Shown here piece by piece: positions 1-13,689 of a DNA stretch of 64,000 bases (positions are counted from its first letter, which is position 1; the number at the start of each line of letters is the position of its first letter). The translations under genes and the position numbers were made by a program. This stretch comes from Podarcis erhardii (Eukaryota): the NCBI GenBank assembly GCA_964252035.1, contig OZ176201.1; one strand, 5' to 3'. The notes beneath the pieces were generated by a model. That model had not been told where the DNA came from. It made no database searches and saw only the letters and a program-made list of their open reading frames with translations.

Positions 1-138
1 GAATAATAAGCACTGCTGAATCTCTCATCAGCATGCGTATTCCTGGGTGTAGTAAAGTGTGGGTTAGTCTTTCCTAAATTAAGCTAATAGAAAAGGGGCA
101 ATTTTCAAGTTCCATTCTTGCCATTAAAAGGGTAATGG

Positions 139-470
139 ACTCATTCGGATGCCATGCCAAACTGTGTTTTAGCATTACATGCATGAACTACAACAAGCCT
201 GGAACTCTCCCACTCCCCCCTTTCCATGCACCAGAGGAAGTGAGTGGAATAATCTGCTTCCAGTTTTAAATCTGGCAGAGTTTCCTGGTAACATCTAAAC
301 TCAGAGAACTCTGGTTACTTGAAACTCTAGTTAAGCGATTGTAAACCACAGTTTGATCTTGGTTTGTTTCAACCAGCTGGAGTTTAAGCTAGCCAGAGTT
401 CCCTTAAGAACTGTAGCAGGGAACTCTGTTTTGCTGAAAACCAAACCAAAAGCAGAAGTTTTAAATCTCC
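139..470. repeat. Old degenerate squamate dispersed repeat (non-autonomous DNA-element-like)
   Basis: Internally repeated and inverted CAGAGTT/AACTCTG and AAACCACAGTTTG motifs; related motifs recur near 24050-24250 and 44580-44790. Family recognised only loosely. Confidence 0.3.
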
Positions 471-2240
471 TTTTGGATGCAAAAAGAGAAAAAGAGGTAG
501 TGTCCAAAGCTTCTAACAGCTCATAAATGTTACGTGTAAATTATGGTTCAGCCAGAGTGGAAAACAGAGCTCTAGATATCTCTGTTCTAGTTCCAACTCC
601 AGTCACTGGGCCAAAATCTCAGAAAATATCTGAAGAGATGCTTGAAGCCACACACACCACACAAAGTGGTCCAGTGGGGACCTCCATTGAGCTGCTTATT
701 GGTTGTTTAGAAAGAAACGTGTAGCAGCTACACTGTAGCCAAATGTGCTAAGTACAATATTACAATATTTTTAAGGACTCAAAATAAGGGTCAGATATTC
801 AAAGCAGCAGGTTGTCATAGGGGGAAGATTTACAATTGAATTTTAGTAATCAGTTAACATGATTACGCCGTCCGCAAGTGGTAAACATTATTGTTTTCAC
901 ATTTCATGGCAGAGAACCATTTGAACGCTGGTTGTACGAATGGTACACATTTTGTTCAAAGTGCAGGTTTCCACAATCTCAAAAGAAAATGGAACATGAT
1001 GAAGCTTGTGAGCAAATCCTCCCAATCCTCACCCACCCGCAATTAATTATTTTTAATTAAGCCAATGTGCTTTTTCATATTTAATTATCATATGTGACTC
1101 ACAGCAAAACTTTCACTAAGATCCTTTATGAACCTCTCACGGGGATCCATAACTAGAGTAGGATACAGACTTGTGAACTGTCTCACCGTGGGTCACCGAT
1201 ACCTAGCCCTTTTATAAACACAAAAATAGCCAACGTTCTTCCTAACGTTTCATAGACCACCATCTGCTTCCTCCTATCAGAATTCAAATTCTCAGCTGCT
1301 ACAGATCCAAAATGGCAGTGGCAGTCTGTCCTTCTAATCGTTCCCCTGTGGGATCAAATGCATCTGCTTATGATTCCACCAGTGGGGTCGGCAGACCACA
1401 GTTTGGGAACGGACAGCTAAAGGAAATCCTTACTTTCAACACCTCTTCTTGTGATGATTTGTTCATTTCAAGTAGTACAGGCTCTGTATCTTTCTTAGCT
1501 TCTTCCAGGCTCTGCATTATCCAGAGGGAACTTCCTCTGCCTTTACAGAGTCCTCAGTACTATTGCCTCTCCAATCCCTTTATGTCTTAGAACAGCATCC
1601 TACCAACCCCTTCTATTTTTCTAATTTATGCTATCCTTTTGGAAAACATAACACACTATACAAAATGTAAAACTGAAAATTCAACGTGTTTCAAAAAAGG
1701 CTCCCAGAGCATTCTTTTCAGCATCTAGAGTACCTATTATTATCACCCTTCCTTTAGATTCTACCAGCTATGGAAGAATAAACAGTCAATGTGATCTTGT
1801 GTCACTGGGATTAGGAGTTAAGACATTCCCTGCAAATCAGTGTAATCTTTCGAACAAGACAATGTAACATTGAGCATTCCTGTCTGCATGGCACATTTTC
1901 AATTACTCTACATGTTTTCTACTTAGTAAAACCAGCTTAATTTTCAGCTAGGTCACAATATTAGAACATGTCCTACACTTGGGCAGGGGAGAAGGACAGG
2001 GAGGAAAAAAGGAGCAATCTTAGTGCCCTTGTAAGTTGTTTAGCCTCTAGCACTTATAAATCCAAAAACACTAGGGAAATCCCTTTTCCTTGCTTGTAAT
2101 ATGCTTTTAGATTTATTACTCAAAGAACCTCCACTTAATCCCTTTGCAGAAGTCAAGTTCATCTGCATTCTAATAAAGGTTTCCTATGGAAAATGGAGAG
2201 AAAATAAAAATAAAAGATCAAGAAGGAAAGAAGCACTTCA

Positions 2241-2243
<3 letters not shown>

Positions 2244-2275
<32 letters not shown>
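2244..2275. repeat. (GA)n microsatellite
   Basis: Direct reading, about 16 units. Confidence 0.97.
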
Positions 2276-2280
<5 letters not shown>

Positions 2281-5200
2281 TGATATAGATTCCTGAGTAA
2301 ATTCTCCACCCAGAAAGCAAGAAAAAGCAGGATGGTTTAAATTACTCTACCCAAGTCCAGACCATCTATCTTAGGCCGCTCTCTTCGACACTTGGCCAGG
2401 GTTGGCAGGCGAGGCAGAGGCTAAAGAGCTCTTTAGGGACCAAATTACTGTTTCAAAATGGGCCTTGTGCTCCAAGAATATGACAATATTATCTGAGAGA
2501 TGTTACAGAGCCCGTGTGTCCTTCAGAGCTCTGCAAAAGCATCTAGCCTGATTAGAGGCATATGTCACTAAAATATATATTATGCAATATGAAGGGGGAG
2601 GAAGGCTGTCATTGAAAATTGACTTTTAAAGGTGTCCAGCCAGAATTCCAAGAGATCTATAAAACCTATTAGCATTCCATGGAAATGACGGCATTTGATG
2701 GCATTCTTGAGAAAACTCGAAGGAGGGCCAGACATATTTCATGCTCTTTTTATTTTGGTTAAACCTGGTGGCACCAGCACTGTGACTACTTAATTGTCAC
2801 ACTTAAAACTTGTGCAGGTGCAGAATGCAGAAGGTATTGCATGACTCTTAACCAGAGGGATTATTTACCTTTATCCTGATTTGAGGTCATTTCTTTGAAC
2901 CAATGCAGATAGCTAGATAGGAATGTGGCTTGTGGGTGGTCCCTGATGCAGCAAAACAAATGCTGAAGATATCTAAGAAAACAAGTTCAAGGCACAGTAA
3001 CTTGCAATTATACTATATAGGGTGCAGGTCACCTTCAGAAGATCAGCTTCCTCCCTCAAAAATGGTATTGTGAATTAGATCTTTGACTGTAGCAATTCCT
3101 ACATATTTTCCCGCCCTGGGTCTGTGGATCAGAGATGGGTCTAAATCTGTGCGTCATTGAACTGAAGCAAACTGGCTGAGTTGCACTGATTTCCATGGCT
3201 TGACCCCCATATCATGCCATTCAGAAACAGCAGCCCTAGTCACCCTGTTTTATTTAAAACCTGCTCCCACATGCCTGATGTTATGCATAATATTTTACAA
3301 TGTTACGTGCAATCCAGGAAGCAAAGCAGAGGACCTTCTGGAGGCTTCCGGTGCAGCTGTTTAGCTGGCACAAAATGGCCATAAAACCAGAAAATTAATC
3401 TGCCAGGGAAATCTCCATCTGGAGGAGGGCTCCCATAGCAGATCCTTTACTACTGTTCTTCCTATAACTCTTCTCTACTTCTGATGCTGACAGCATGGCC
3501 TTAGCATATGATAAAAGTTCGCTGAGTGAAGAGAGCAGGAAGGAAATGGGGATTTGGGATGGAAAGATCAACAAGGGAAACAGGAATGTTTTTGTAGCGG
3601 GGGGGGGGATGGGGTGGGGGGTGTATCGGGAACTACATACTCAAACAGTAGTCTGCATCTGATCAAGCTCACATCTAGGCAAAAATTCCATTTTGACCAA
3701 CAGGGATCTTTCATTCCTGCCCTGGGATAATCACTATATAAGCAAATCAAGAGTAGCTCTCTTTTTCTTAATTGTAGAAAGCAGAGTTCTTGCCATGATG
3801 TCCCATCTTGCTCTGGCCTTTTTGGAGACACTTCTTGTAACAGCAATTAATGCTTTCAGGGCCAATATCTAGTATTTCACAAACTGCCACCACCTTCAAC
3901 TGTCAGTTTATACAAGCAATCCAGACAATTAACAACCGAGTGAATTGTAAAAAGAGTGACTAGAAATATTGGATCAGAAAACTTGAGACATTTGCTATTC
4001 AGAGGGCTGTATGAAAAGTTTTCATAGAATTGCCCACAGCTGAAAAAGACAGAAATGAACAAATACGGAGGTTGCTTCAAAAAAGGCCTGTTTAACGAAC
4101 ACACGTCCTGATTTGTTTGCACAACATTTGCAGGGAGGAGGTTACATTATGTTGGCTGTTTATTAAGTATCCATTCTGTTGTTTGCAGGGAGATTATATG
4201 ACCTCACATTAAGCAAATGTAAACTTACACTTCCCAATATATTTCCCCATCACTTTCCTTACTAAAGCCCGATTTGGGGGTGGGGGGACAAGTTTGTTAC
4301 AGAAGAGTGTCATTTAAAGTGTGAGACTGGAATGCAGTGAGACCGGTGTGCAGTTGAATCTCACCCACAAAACAGCAACAGTTTGGAAGTGCCCTTGAGA
4401 ATATCCCAAAACTTTACTAGGACTACTTTAGGGACAGCTTAGTATGCTGAATTTGGTCTGCATGGCCGCATCCAATTGCAAAAAGATAATAATCATGTGC
4501 CTCCTTTACTAAGTGCCAAGCTCCAGAAGAGAACAGACATTTAGCATGCTACTATTCCAACCCTCCTCAGGTGTTAGAATGATACCCAGTGGTACTATAC
4601 CCAGAAAACATGCACATATTTCATTTATCTGATGTACTGTGCATACCTCTTTTTTCCTATCTACATTTCCTTCCCCTGTGCTTTGAATTTTAGGATCAAA
4701 ACCAAAATTTGCATCCAGCACAAATTGCATTAGCTGTGATAGGGCTGACAGTTATTGTTATTGCAAATGATGTAGAGGGGAGATTAAATCCCTTCCTCTG
4801 TTGTTATGGTCCTGGGGAAGATCCCTCTTCTGAAGCTAGCATTTGCTTCCCACAAAAGCACAGGCCACATTTGCAAGAGGGTTTTCCACAGGACCTCAGC
4901 AGGGGAATAGGGAGTTAAATGCCCCCCCCCCCGCATGTATTTATCTCATTAATTTTCACATATCCCACAGAAGATGCAATCTGCATCTTTAATAACCTGC
5001 ATCTTAGAGGCAAAGGTACATTTAATATCAGAGTTTTGGCCCTTTGATTGTAAACCCCTTCTAAGTATTTAAAGATGCTATTTGAAAAAGAGAGGATCAC
5101 CATGTCCCATCACAGGCACAGTTAACTTTTGATAGGCAGTGAAGAAACCCTGATTCCAATGAGCTTGTTCTGTTTATCAGGTTCCATCCATCAATATCCT

Positions 5201-5373
5201 TCCATTTAGTGAATAGAGATGGGAAAGGCAATTTTAACTGATTCCTCCCTCCTGTGCCCTGCCCCCCCAAAACACACAAAAAATCTTACTCCTCAGAAGG
5301 TTGGGTAAGTTAGGAGGTGGCACAGATGGCTGTTTGAGAATGGGAGAAATTGCAAAAATTCCCTATATCCCTC

Positions 5374-5423
5374 TTCCATTCACAGAAAACATTGCAGCAG
5401 AAAAAAGCCTTCTGTGAATGGAA
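5374..5423. repeat. Short inverted repeat (14-bp perfect arms, 22-nt spacer), probably repeat-derived
   Basis: TTCCATTCACAGAA 5374-5387 is the reverse complement of TTCTGTGAATGGAA 5410-5423. Confidence 0.8.
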
Positions 5424-6760
5424 TAGAAGATAGAAGCCATTGTTTTAAAACTAGGTTTCTGAAGCCCCTCCTGCTGCTTTTATAAATTTATTGTAAAATG
5501 TTTTCATTTTATTAATGTAGTTTTATTGTTGTTTTATTGGTTTTTTATTGTTAACTGTCTTCAACATTTTCATAAAAAAGCAGGGTGGAAATATTATAAA
5601 GATTGATACACATATATCCATGCATGTTATCCAGAGCTGCACAGGATCAGTTACATAATTCCAGGTAGAATGTAAACTAAAACTAAATTTGTGCTGAATG
5701 TGAACTTAAGGAAATGCACAATTGCTCCACCTACTGATTAACTCTACTTGGTTCAAATGAACTTACTCTCAACATACAGGTAAATTGGCATTTAGGAAGC
5801 ATAAAACTGCCCCAAACTACCCACCCCATCACCTCTTCAATATAAAAAAAATAATCTAGCTACTTTCAGCCAAAAGAAAGCTCTTCTCCCTTAACAAGAC
5901 AAAAATAACTAATTGGTCGTCTCTGAAAAAAACCAGTCCACAATTTCACTCCAAACAGGAGTCAATTCACAGTTACAAACAGGGAGTGGTGTACTCATGA
6001 TTGTCTTGTGCTCTTGTATAATCATTTATCAGATACTAGCAACAGTTAAGAGAAATGATACTAAGTAGATGGCCCAGACACAGTAAGAATGTTTTCATGT
6101 TTCAGCTTCCTCACCATTTCTCAACATGCATAGCATTAGACAAATATTTAACAGGTCACTTAAAAAACAAGCACGTACTGCAGTTACAGTGTTCCTTAAC
6201 GCATCTGCAGTCATGCGCAACACCCAACATAAGCACATGTCAGCAAACTACACAACTGTGCCAAATTAGAGCTCCTCTTTTTTTTTTTCCAAAAAGGGAA
6301 GCCAAAATCTAATGCTCATCATCCAGTTGCAGATGCATGCACAATAACTTTAAGCACAAAGGTACTTATAATTGGTGATTATAAACCAGCCATTCATACA
6401 GAACATTAAAATCTAGAATTAGCAATTGCTGTCAATGCATGCATAGATTATACAAGGTATGAACAACACCCAGTTCTATGCCTGTTTACCAAGGAATATA
6501 TCACATTGAGATTGTTGGGGCATATTTCCATACACATACACATAGGACTGAGGTCTAAGGCAGTAGTAGTTGACATGAACTTACTCTCAACATACAGATA
6601 AAGTAATTTTAAAGCAATTTTAAACCTCCCTTCACCCCAAAGGATTCCATGTAGACAACATAGATAAAATGCAACTTTAAATAAAACGCAGTTGTTAAGA
6701 CTCCAGACTCATGAAGCCATGCATGTCAAACTATGCAAAAAGCTGCAGTCATAATACTAA

Positions 6761-6950
6761 TGTCATGGACTGGTTGGATGCAGAGGAATGATGGAGGAAT
6801 CAGCTGGGGAACCACCAAGGGAAGAAGGCTCAGAACCTGGTGAGTGGTGGTGGGACAGTGATGAATGGTCAGAAGGAGAAGAGGGAGAAGACTGGGAAGA
6901 GGAGGTGTTAGAAGCTTTAGTGAGCTGGGAGAATCTGGGGCAGAAAACAG
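6761..6950 (+). mobile_element. Fragment of a lacertid purine-rich LTR-like repeat
   Basis: Starts TGTCATGGACTGG; extreme G/A strand bias giving an acidic W-rich pseudo-ORF; resembles a lacertid interspersed repeat as I recall it; no 3' CA end found. Confidence 0.45.
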
Positions 6951-7774
6951 GCACATGTATCTCTGCCTGGTGCTACCCATTGTTTAGGGTGAGAAACAAA
7001 GATGGTCATCTATGAAGTCATCCAGCATTGTCTGTATGGCTTTGCCTAGGCCGTGTTCCAGTCTTCAAGTCCCAATTCTGTAACAGGATCCCCAGATGAT
7101 GCTATAATTAAGGGCTGCTATTACCAAAATACAAGGACTTGTCCATGAAGTTAAATAACACAGTTGCAAGCTGAGAAAGGTAGGTGGAGACTGATATACT
7201 TTAATAATAATAATAATAAACCTTTTCAGTCCTGCATTATCTCATGCAAAACAGTTATTGATTCAGAAGTTTAGGGAAATTGCTAACCCGACAGAAGAAC
7301 TCAGCTCCTACTGAGAATAAGTGCATGTTCACAGCTGTGTTCTCTATCATCTTTACAAGCAGGTATTCTGTGGGAAATTTCCAGGTCACAGCTTTCCATT
7401 ACTGGGATGATCCATCAGGACACTGGATTGTTTCCTTTAATGTGTTTCAAATTCATACACTAGGAAGACTTCTTTATTTCTGAAGGGGCAAGAGCTCACC
7501 AGGTGCAGGCTATAGCAATGCTGCAGTGGCAGGAGGAAAGACGCACAGAGATTTCAGCTGCACCTGGCTACACCTGCAGGAATTCTCTCTTCAACATTGC
7601 TATTAAAGATATCAGAGCCCTGTTCTCTTTTGCATACAGGCCCCTGTTTAGAACTGGTCCAAACTGGCAACAGTAATCAAAAGGAAAACCTAGGAAAGTA
7701 AGGCTCTGTCTAGCCCAGTATTGTGGCAATAGCTCTTCAGGGTCTGAGGTTTGGTGTGTGTTTTTTGTTTTTCA

Positions 7775-7860
7775 GTCACCTGCTACCTGACCCTTTTAAG
7801 TGGAGATGCCAGAAGCTGAACCTGGGACCACCTTCATGCACAGCATGTACTCTACTCCTC
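7775..7860 (-). mobile_element. tRNA-derived squamate SINE fragment
   Basis: Reverse complement resembles the SINE head (AGAGCATGCTG..GCATGAAGG TCCCAGGTTCA..TCTGGCATCTCCA) also seen at 17786 and 37448. Confidence 0.55.
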
Positions 7861-9606
7861 TCTCAAGGGAGCAAGGGGATTTCTTTGATTCAGCAGATTA
7901 GCAATTTTCATGACCTCCTGAATTACTGCCTTGTTTAAGATCATCTTGGAACGTCAACCTGCCCTAAATTCAGGGTAAAGGCATGCACTCCTAGTCCTTG
8001 CTCCTCCTATGCAGCCTTTGATCATAAATTAGCTGTATTCTCTGAATCAATCTTACACATGATGAGCGTACATCCAGTTATGCAGCCTGTTATCTTGATC
8101 ACAATGGTTGGTGTTGAACGTCTGGAGATTGATGATGTTTGCACCTAGTGTGATTGCCTGTAAGGCTGATTCAACCTTCAAGCCACCCCAGGCAGATGCA
8201 GGTTTGCAGGAACCCTAGTGACATGGAGCAGGGGTCCAGGCCTTGTATGCACGACCACCACCTCTGCCAGTAGGAACCTTGTCTTTTAACCAAAGCAGCC
8301 TAACTGACTGCTTCAGTAATTGGAACAACAGCCTACGTTCTCATCACAGCTGCAAGCTGTGCTTCTCAAAGGAGTCGCATTACGAAAGAGTGACACTGCA
8401 CATTGTTTTGCTTTATGGAATGGAGGCCTTAGGGAACATGGCGAGTCCTGGAGCAGCCCTTGTGTGGGCAAGGTTGAAAAACCCAACCATAAAGAACTCT
8501 CCTTTCAGCATGCATTATGCTTCCACTTGAATGGCACACAATTAAACCAGTAATGTTGATGATCACAGGGAATTAAGGAAGGCTGTGGTGCAATATATTA
8601 GAAGACTAAACGGGCAGTTTGTTATACAAATCTGGCCAGTGGCATTTTGGCATCGCACAGTACAAATGGGTGAGGGTTAAGTCATTTCTCAGCTCTCCCT
8701 GGCAGAGTCTTTTATTATTTACAATATTTACTTGGGGAAGACTTGGCGCATGTCATATTTATCTTGCTGAAAAATGGGCCCGTAAACGCACATCACCTTT
8801 CAGACAAAGCAAAGCGCTGTGGTACTAATTTGGTTCATGAAGTGTGTAATTCAGTTCTTTTGCATGGGGCCAGCATTTGTCTCCCGTTTTGTTAAACCAC
8901 CATAAAACAATTTTTTGTGCTTGTTTTTGGCATATGTAAAAACGGGGGAATGGAGAGAGAAAAACTCCCAGTGGCGCAAGAGGTCTTGCCTGCCATTTCT
9001 GGCACAGCTGACATGCGTGTTCCTGTTGTTTGGTTTCTGGTTCCTCACAACAGTAAATAGAATAAAAGAAGGTAGAAAGGGGAGAGATTTAGATGGTACT
9101 GCTTACGGTAACTACTGCACCATTTTCCCTCTCAAACTGACTTGAAACTTGTCTGGCACACACTTAAAGATTCCTGAGGAAACAAGATTTATCCATACCT
9201 ATCTCCCATTAAGGTTCTCTGTATAGTGTTTACCAGTTATCACAGCAAAAGCTTTTGTGCTTTTAATTATGCTTCTGTTTCAGGCTTTGGGGCAAATTGG
9301 ATGGGCTGCCCAGGGTTGAGTCCATACTGGTCCTTCATCCATCTTTGCAATAGATGGATGTAAAAGTGGGAATGCAGAGTTTTCCCTATGCTTCATTAAC
9401 TTCCTAAAATTATCTTGGATGTCTCACATCTTCTTCTGGGCATCTGAACTTGAATTACATGGATATTTGTTGGTGGTGTTTGAGGATATCCCTTCACTAT
9501 ACAGTTTAGTAATCTTGACATAGTTCTTTGGGGGGGGGACTGTTTAGTTCAATTTTTCTTCTCCATTTGGTTTGTTAGTTACGTCTAGGCTGGAACCAGA
9601 AACAGT

Positions 9607-9799
9607 CAGGGCCGGCCCACTCATGAGGCAAGGTAATGTAAATGCCTCAGGTGACAGGATCCATAGGGGCAGCAGATCCTGATGTATATATTTATTCCCC
9701 CTTGTACCTGATTTACATCTTCAGTCACTCCTTCCCTGGTAGGGAGGGGGAGCCATTTTGTGGTTCACCTTAGGTACCAAAAGTCTTGAGTCGGCACTA
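9607..9799. mobile_element. Non-autonomous hAT-like MITE (CAGGGCCGGCCC termini)
   Basis: Left end CAGGGCCGGCCC; right end GAGTCGGCACTA (8/12 match to the reverse complement); flanking 8-mers GAAACAGT/GAAGCAGT match 7/8, consistent with an 8-bp TSD. Confidence 0.65.
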
Positions 9800-12700
9800 G
9801 AAGCAGTAGCGATAGTAACTGTTGCAAGGAACAGCTGCACTGCGGTCCTTCCAAAAGATGGTTGAACAGGTGGGAATGCTGCTGCCACCAATCCAGTGCT
9901 CCCACCAGTGTACTCATGTAGCTGAGAACTTGCCATCCCAGCCCTGTCCAGGTAAGCAGCAATAATGCTGGGGTCAGGAGAACATCTCTGCCCACCTGCC
10001 CTACTATTGACTAGGGAGGAAAATCCGGTGGTGGTTCTAAAAAAAAGTTCTCAATCTCTGTTCCACACAGTCTTTGTGGAATTAAAAACTGTGTGAGATT
10101 AAAGAGTACAAATCAGAGCAGGAGAAATTTCTGTACAAATACAAATTTCAGGACTGGAAGGCCCCAGATTTTAAGCTCACAGGTTTTGCCCTCCAGATTA
10201 AGGGGCAGGGACTCAACATGGTGTCTGATTTTGAGGCATCCCCATGCTTCTTTATGGTTTCAGCCAAGTATTTTGGGAAAGATGAGAAGCCAGCATCACA
10301 TTAAAAAGGCAAATTGAACTTTAAGCTTGATATGTGCCCATACATTGCCTGTCTTATTTGCCAACTTTGTGGTTTGCTGGTGTACATCACTGACTTTATT
10401 CCTTCCTTACAGCTGAAAGGTATTTCACATTTTAATTTTATTCCATAATCTCCTCAATATTAACAGTTGTATCATGGGGTTTTTGTTTTGCAAGGTTTGG
10501 CCCATTTGATATTGGCATTATTTAAGTGCCGTCTGAATTTAAATAAATGTTCTCTGAATGATTATGATGATCACAGGGATGGGGGCAGGGTGGAGATGTG
10601 TATACTAGAGTGAAATATTTCCTTTCTGTGCTTCCTTTTTTCCTAGCAATATGTGTTACACCAAAATGGTTTAAGAGTAATTTGATATTATAGGGCAACT
10701 AAATAAGAGGGTGAAATTATAGGAACAGCTTGCAAATACAGAGAATAAATACACACTTTTAGTGAATTGGAAGTGTTTAAAATAATTTCACTGACACATT
10801 CACTTATCACTGCAGGGGGTTCGAGTAATAGTTGTTTTCGCTTAAGCTGCAAAAAAAAATGTTAGCAACAGCAGTTGCTGATTACAACCAAGGGTTCTGG
10901 CACTTATAAGTCCTATCAAAACTGATCCTGAAAAGTAAATAACATCAAGTTAATCCCTATTCCTTGAATTATTTGGTGTGTATTACAACAAACATGCATT
11001 TTTTCATTTTGCAGTATTTTAAAGGGGGAATTTCTAGATACATTGTGTTTTTTAAAATAGAACTAGAGTGGTAATATCATATTTAGCACAACAAATTTAA
11101 GCAAGCAGATGTTTTTTTAAAAAATGATTGATGGAAATACCTGCCAAACCACCCCATCTCTACAAAAGAGGATAAAAAGCACCAGTCAGAACTTTGCAAA
11201 AGTCCAGGTAAAATGTACACAGTGAAAACCGAAAGCAAATTCACAAAATGGGGTCCCAGAGAGAGGTGATGTTGGCCAAATCATGAATTTCTGCTAAATG
11301 ATCATCAGGAATTAAACGAAAAAGCCACTGAATGCTGGCTCATACTAATCCTCCATATACCAAAAATAGTATTGGGGGGAGGATAAAAGCTATGAGTTAT
11401 ATTATTGCTAAATGGGCAAAATCAAAGCAATCCTGTGTATATAATGCAGGAGCAAGACCCATAATTTCTCCAAAGCCGAAGAGAATTGGTCAGCAGGATC
11501 TATTTTTAGGGGGTTGTTGTCTGTCAAGGCTATTCAATGGTCCTGTGTAACATACTGGATCTTGAATGTGTTGAATAAAGCACTAAAGAAACCATGAAAA
11601 GGAAGAGGTTTGGTGTCTTCATACCATTGATTCTTTCATCTTTTGTTTTCTCCATGTTGTCAAAATCTGAATTGTAAGCTCTTTGGGACAGGGACCTGTC
11701 ATAGATAATTGCTGTTGTAATGTATTACATAAACAGGCAAAGCCGTCCTTCTCAAGACTGCAAATGGCTTCATGCAATACCTTTCCAAAACCAGTCTCTT
11801 CTTCCTTCCATGCATCAATGCCACTTTGTTCAGACTGACTAGCTTTCCCTGCAGTGACCCTCTCCTGCCTTCTGTATGATTTAAGAAGATTTATGATTGG
11901 CTGTTCTGTGTTGTGAAACATGAGCTTTGACCCACAGGCTTGGAAGCCAGCAGGGAGAAACATTAATATTATGCCACACTGGGGGGGAAATCATCCCTCA
12001 TCAGTGCCAGCAAAGTGAATTACATAGCGAAATGTGATGCTTCTTCTTGCACATGGCACCGAGCGCTTAAAAATGCTCACAAGCTGAAGCTGTGTATTTT
12101 TATGCATGCAAAACAAATCATATACAAAAAAGCTGAGGATTTGCAACTTTACTGTCATGTTTCCTGATTATGCATGTTGCCTTCTCCTAGCACAGTTAAG
12201 GCAGGCATTCTGAATAGAGGTATGCAGTGTATTCTCTGATGATAAAAGAGAAAACAAACTGACAGGAGGCCCTTCTTCCCACCTGGTGGCGTCTGAGGAG
12301 GCAAGACCACAGTCTGATCTACTCTGAAGCATCGCTGATGAACATCACTGCTCTGTGGCTGAGGCTTCTCCCATCAGTGAAATCACCTGAACCCATGCAG
12401 GTCAGCCATGCTAGAAGGGAGGCCCAGGCTTCCAGTATCTGTTTTTGGAGGCAACCACATTGCTGGCTGAAAGAGAGGCTTTACCTCTTCAGCTCAGAGT
12501 TTACACATGAGAATGGAGGAAGGGTCTAGCTCATGACTCGAAATTAAGGCCAGCCTGAATATTCACACACATACCTACAGGGCCATTTGTTCCCTGTGGA
12601 AGTGTTAGGGTGGCGGAAGAGGGAAGTGAATTCAAAGAAATGTTGGGAGGCGATAGGCTTAGCTTAAAGTCAAGGGGGCAAAGTTTTTACTGTTATTAAC

Positions 12701-12921
12701 CTCAAGTAGTAGTTTGGGTGCCCTCAGCACCTGTCATTGCCCTCCCAACAACTTGGAGATACACTCCGTCCCCATGAGAACAAAATTATGTCACGTTACA
12801 GCATCATTTCCCAGGAGCTAACCCATGGCCATAATGTAGCATCATTCCCCCCATGGAGCAGCCTGTCCTGAATTACACCACACTGCTAAGGGTAGCCAAA
12901 CACTGCTTGAAAAGGCAGCAA

Positions 12922-12923
<2 letters not shown>

Positions 12924-12964
<41 letters not shown>

Positions 12965-12977
12965 TGTGTGTGTGTGT
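12924..12977. repeat. (TG)n microsatellite with CGCG interruption
   Basis: Direct reading; uninterrupted purine-pyrimidine alternation. Confidence 0.97.
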
Positions 12978-13689
12978 AAAACTGAACTACATCAGTTTAA
13001 AGATAAGCCCACTTGACCCAAAAGTTCTTAGATCCCCCCTGTCCTCAATTAATATGATCTTAAGCATGCTTTCACCCTACCCCAAAAGTAATGAAATAGC
13101 CTGGGCTTTAGCCCATTGCTACTCTGAGTGGACTTTGGGCAGGAATGTCACTCTGTGATTCAAAGACGAGCATTTACAGGAAAGCTGCTCTGTTTTCTTT
13201 GACTGGTGCCACACACAGCATATGTTATTTGCATGAGCTTCCCAGTAAGGACAGAAAGTTAGAGGATCCCTGGAGAAGACCAGAGGGGTGTTATACTCAA
13301 AGTTATGCTCTGGTAACTTAAGATATGCATTTGGATTGATTTATTCTGCAAATCTTCCCTGAATTATTTTGTTTGCACCACTTGTTTACCACAAATGCAA
13401 TTTGAGGTCTCTGTAATTATCATCTCATGAAAATAATCTTGGAATCGCTGTTGCCGCGAAGTTACCACACTGAAATACTTGTGGGCAGGAAATGTCATCG
13501 ACTGGACATGGTTTTTGCTGCAGATGCCATTTCCTTCCTTGCCTAGGTCAAAGCTTTTGTTGGTAATGGCATTTGGGCCATTTGGGCTGTGACTGGTGGG
13601 AGTTGTACTTTAAAACATCTGGAGGGCACCTGGTTGGGATGCCTAGTTTACCCTAACTGGCAGAGCACACCACAGCAGGTGAAGTGAGA

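Noticed and set aside
1425-1530. Minus-strand frame MQSLEEAKKDTEPVLLEMNKSSQEEVLK ending at AAA|GTAAGG
   Set aside because: In-frame stop shortly upstream, no clear acceptor, no known homologue, adjacent to a MITE remnant
8059-8169. C/D-box snoRNA candidate (ATGATGA...CTGA)
   Set aside because: Terminal stem is misplaced; the putative guide matches 18S AATAACAGG over only 8 nt with a gap; boxes are short and frequent by chance
11619-11963. 114-aa minus-strand ORF with a protein-like stretch (DAWKEEETGFGKVLHEAIC)
   Set aside because: No family recognised and no convincing acceptor/donor pair; BLASTX would be needed to revive it
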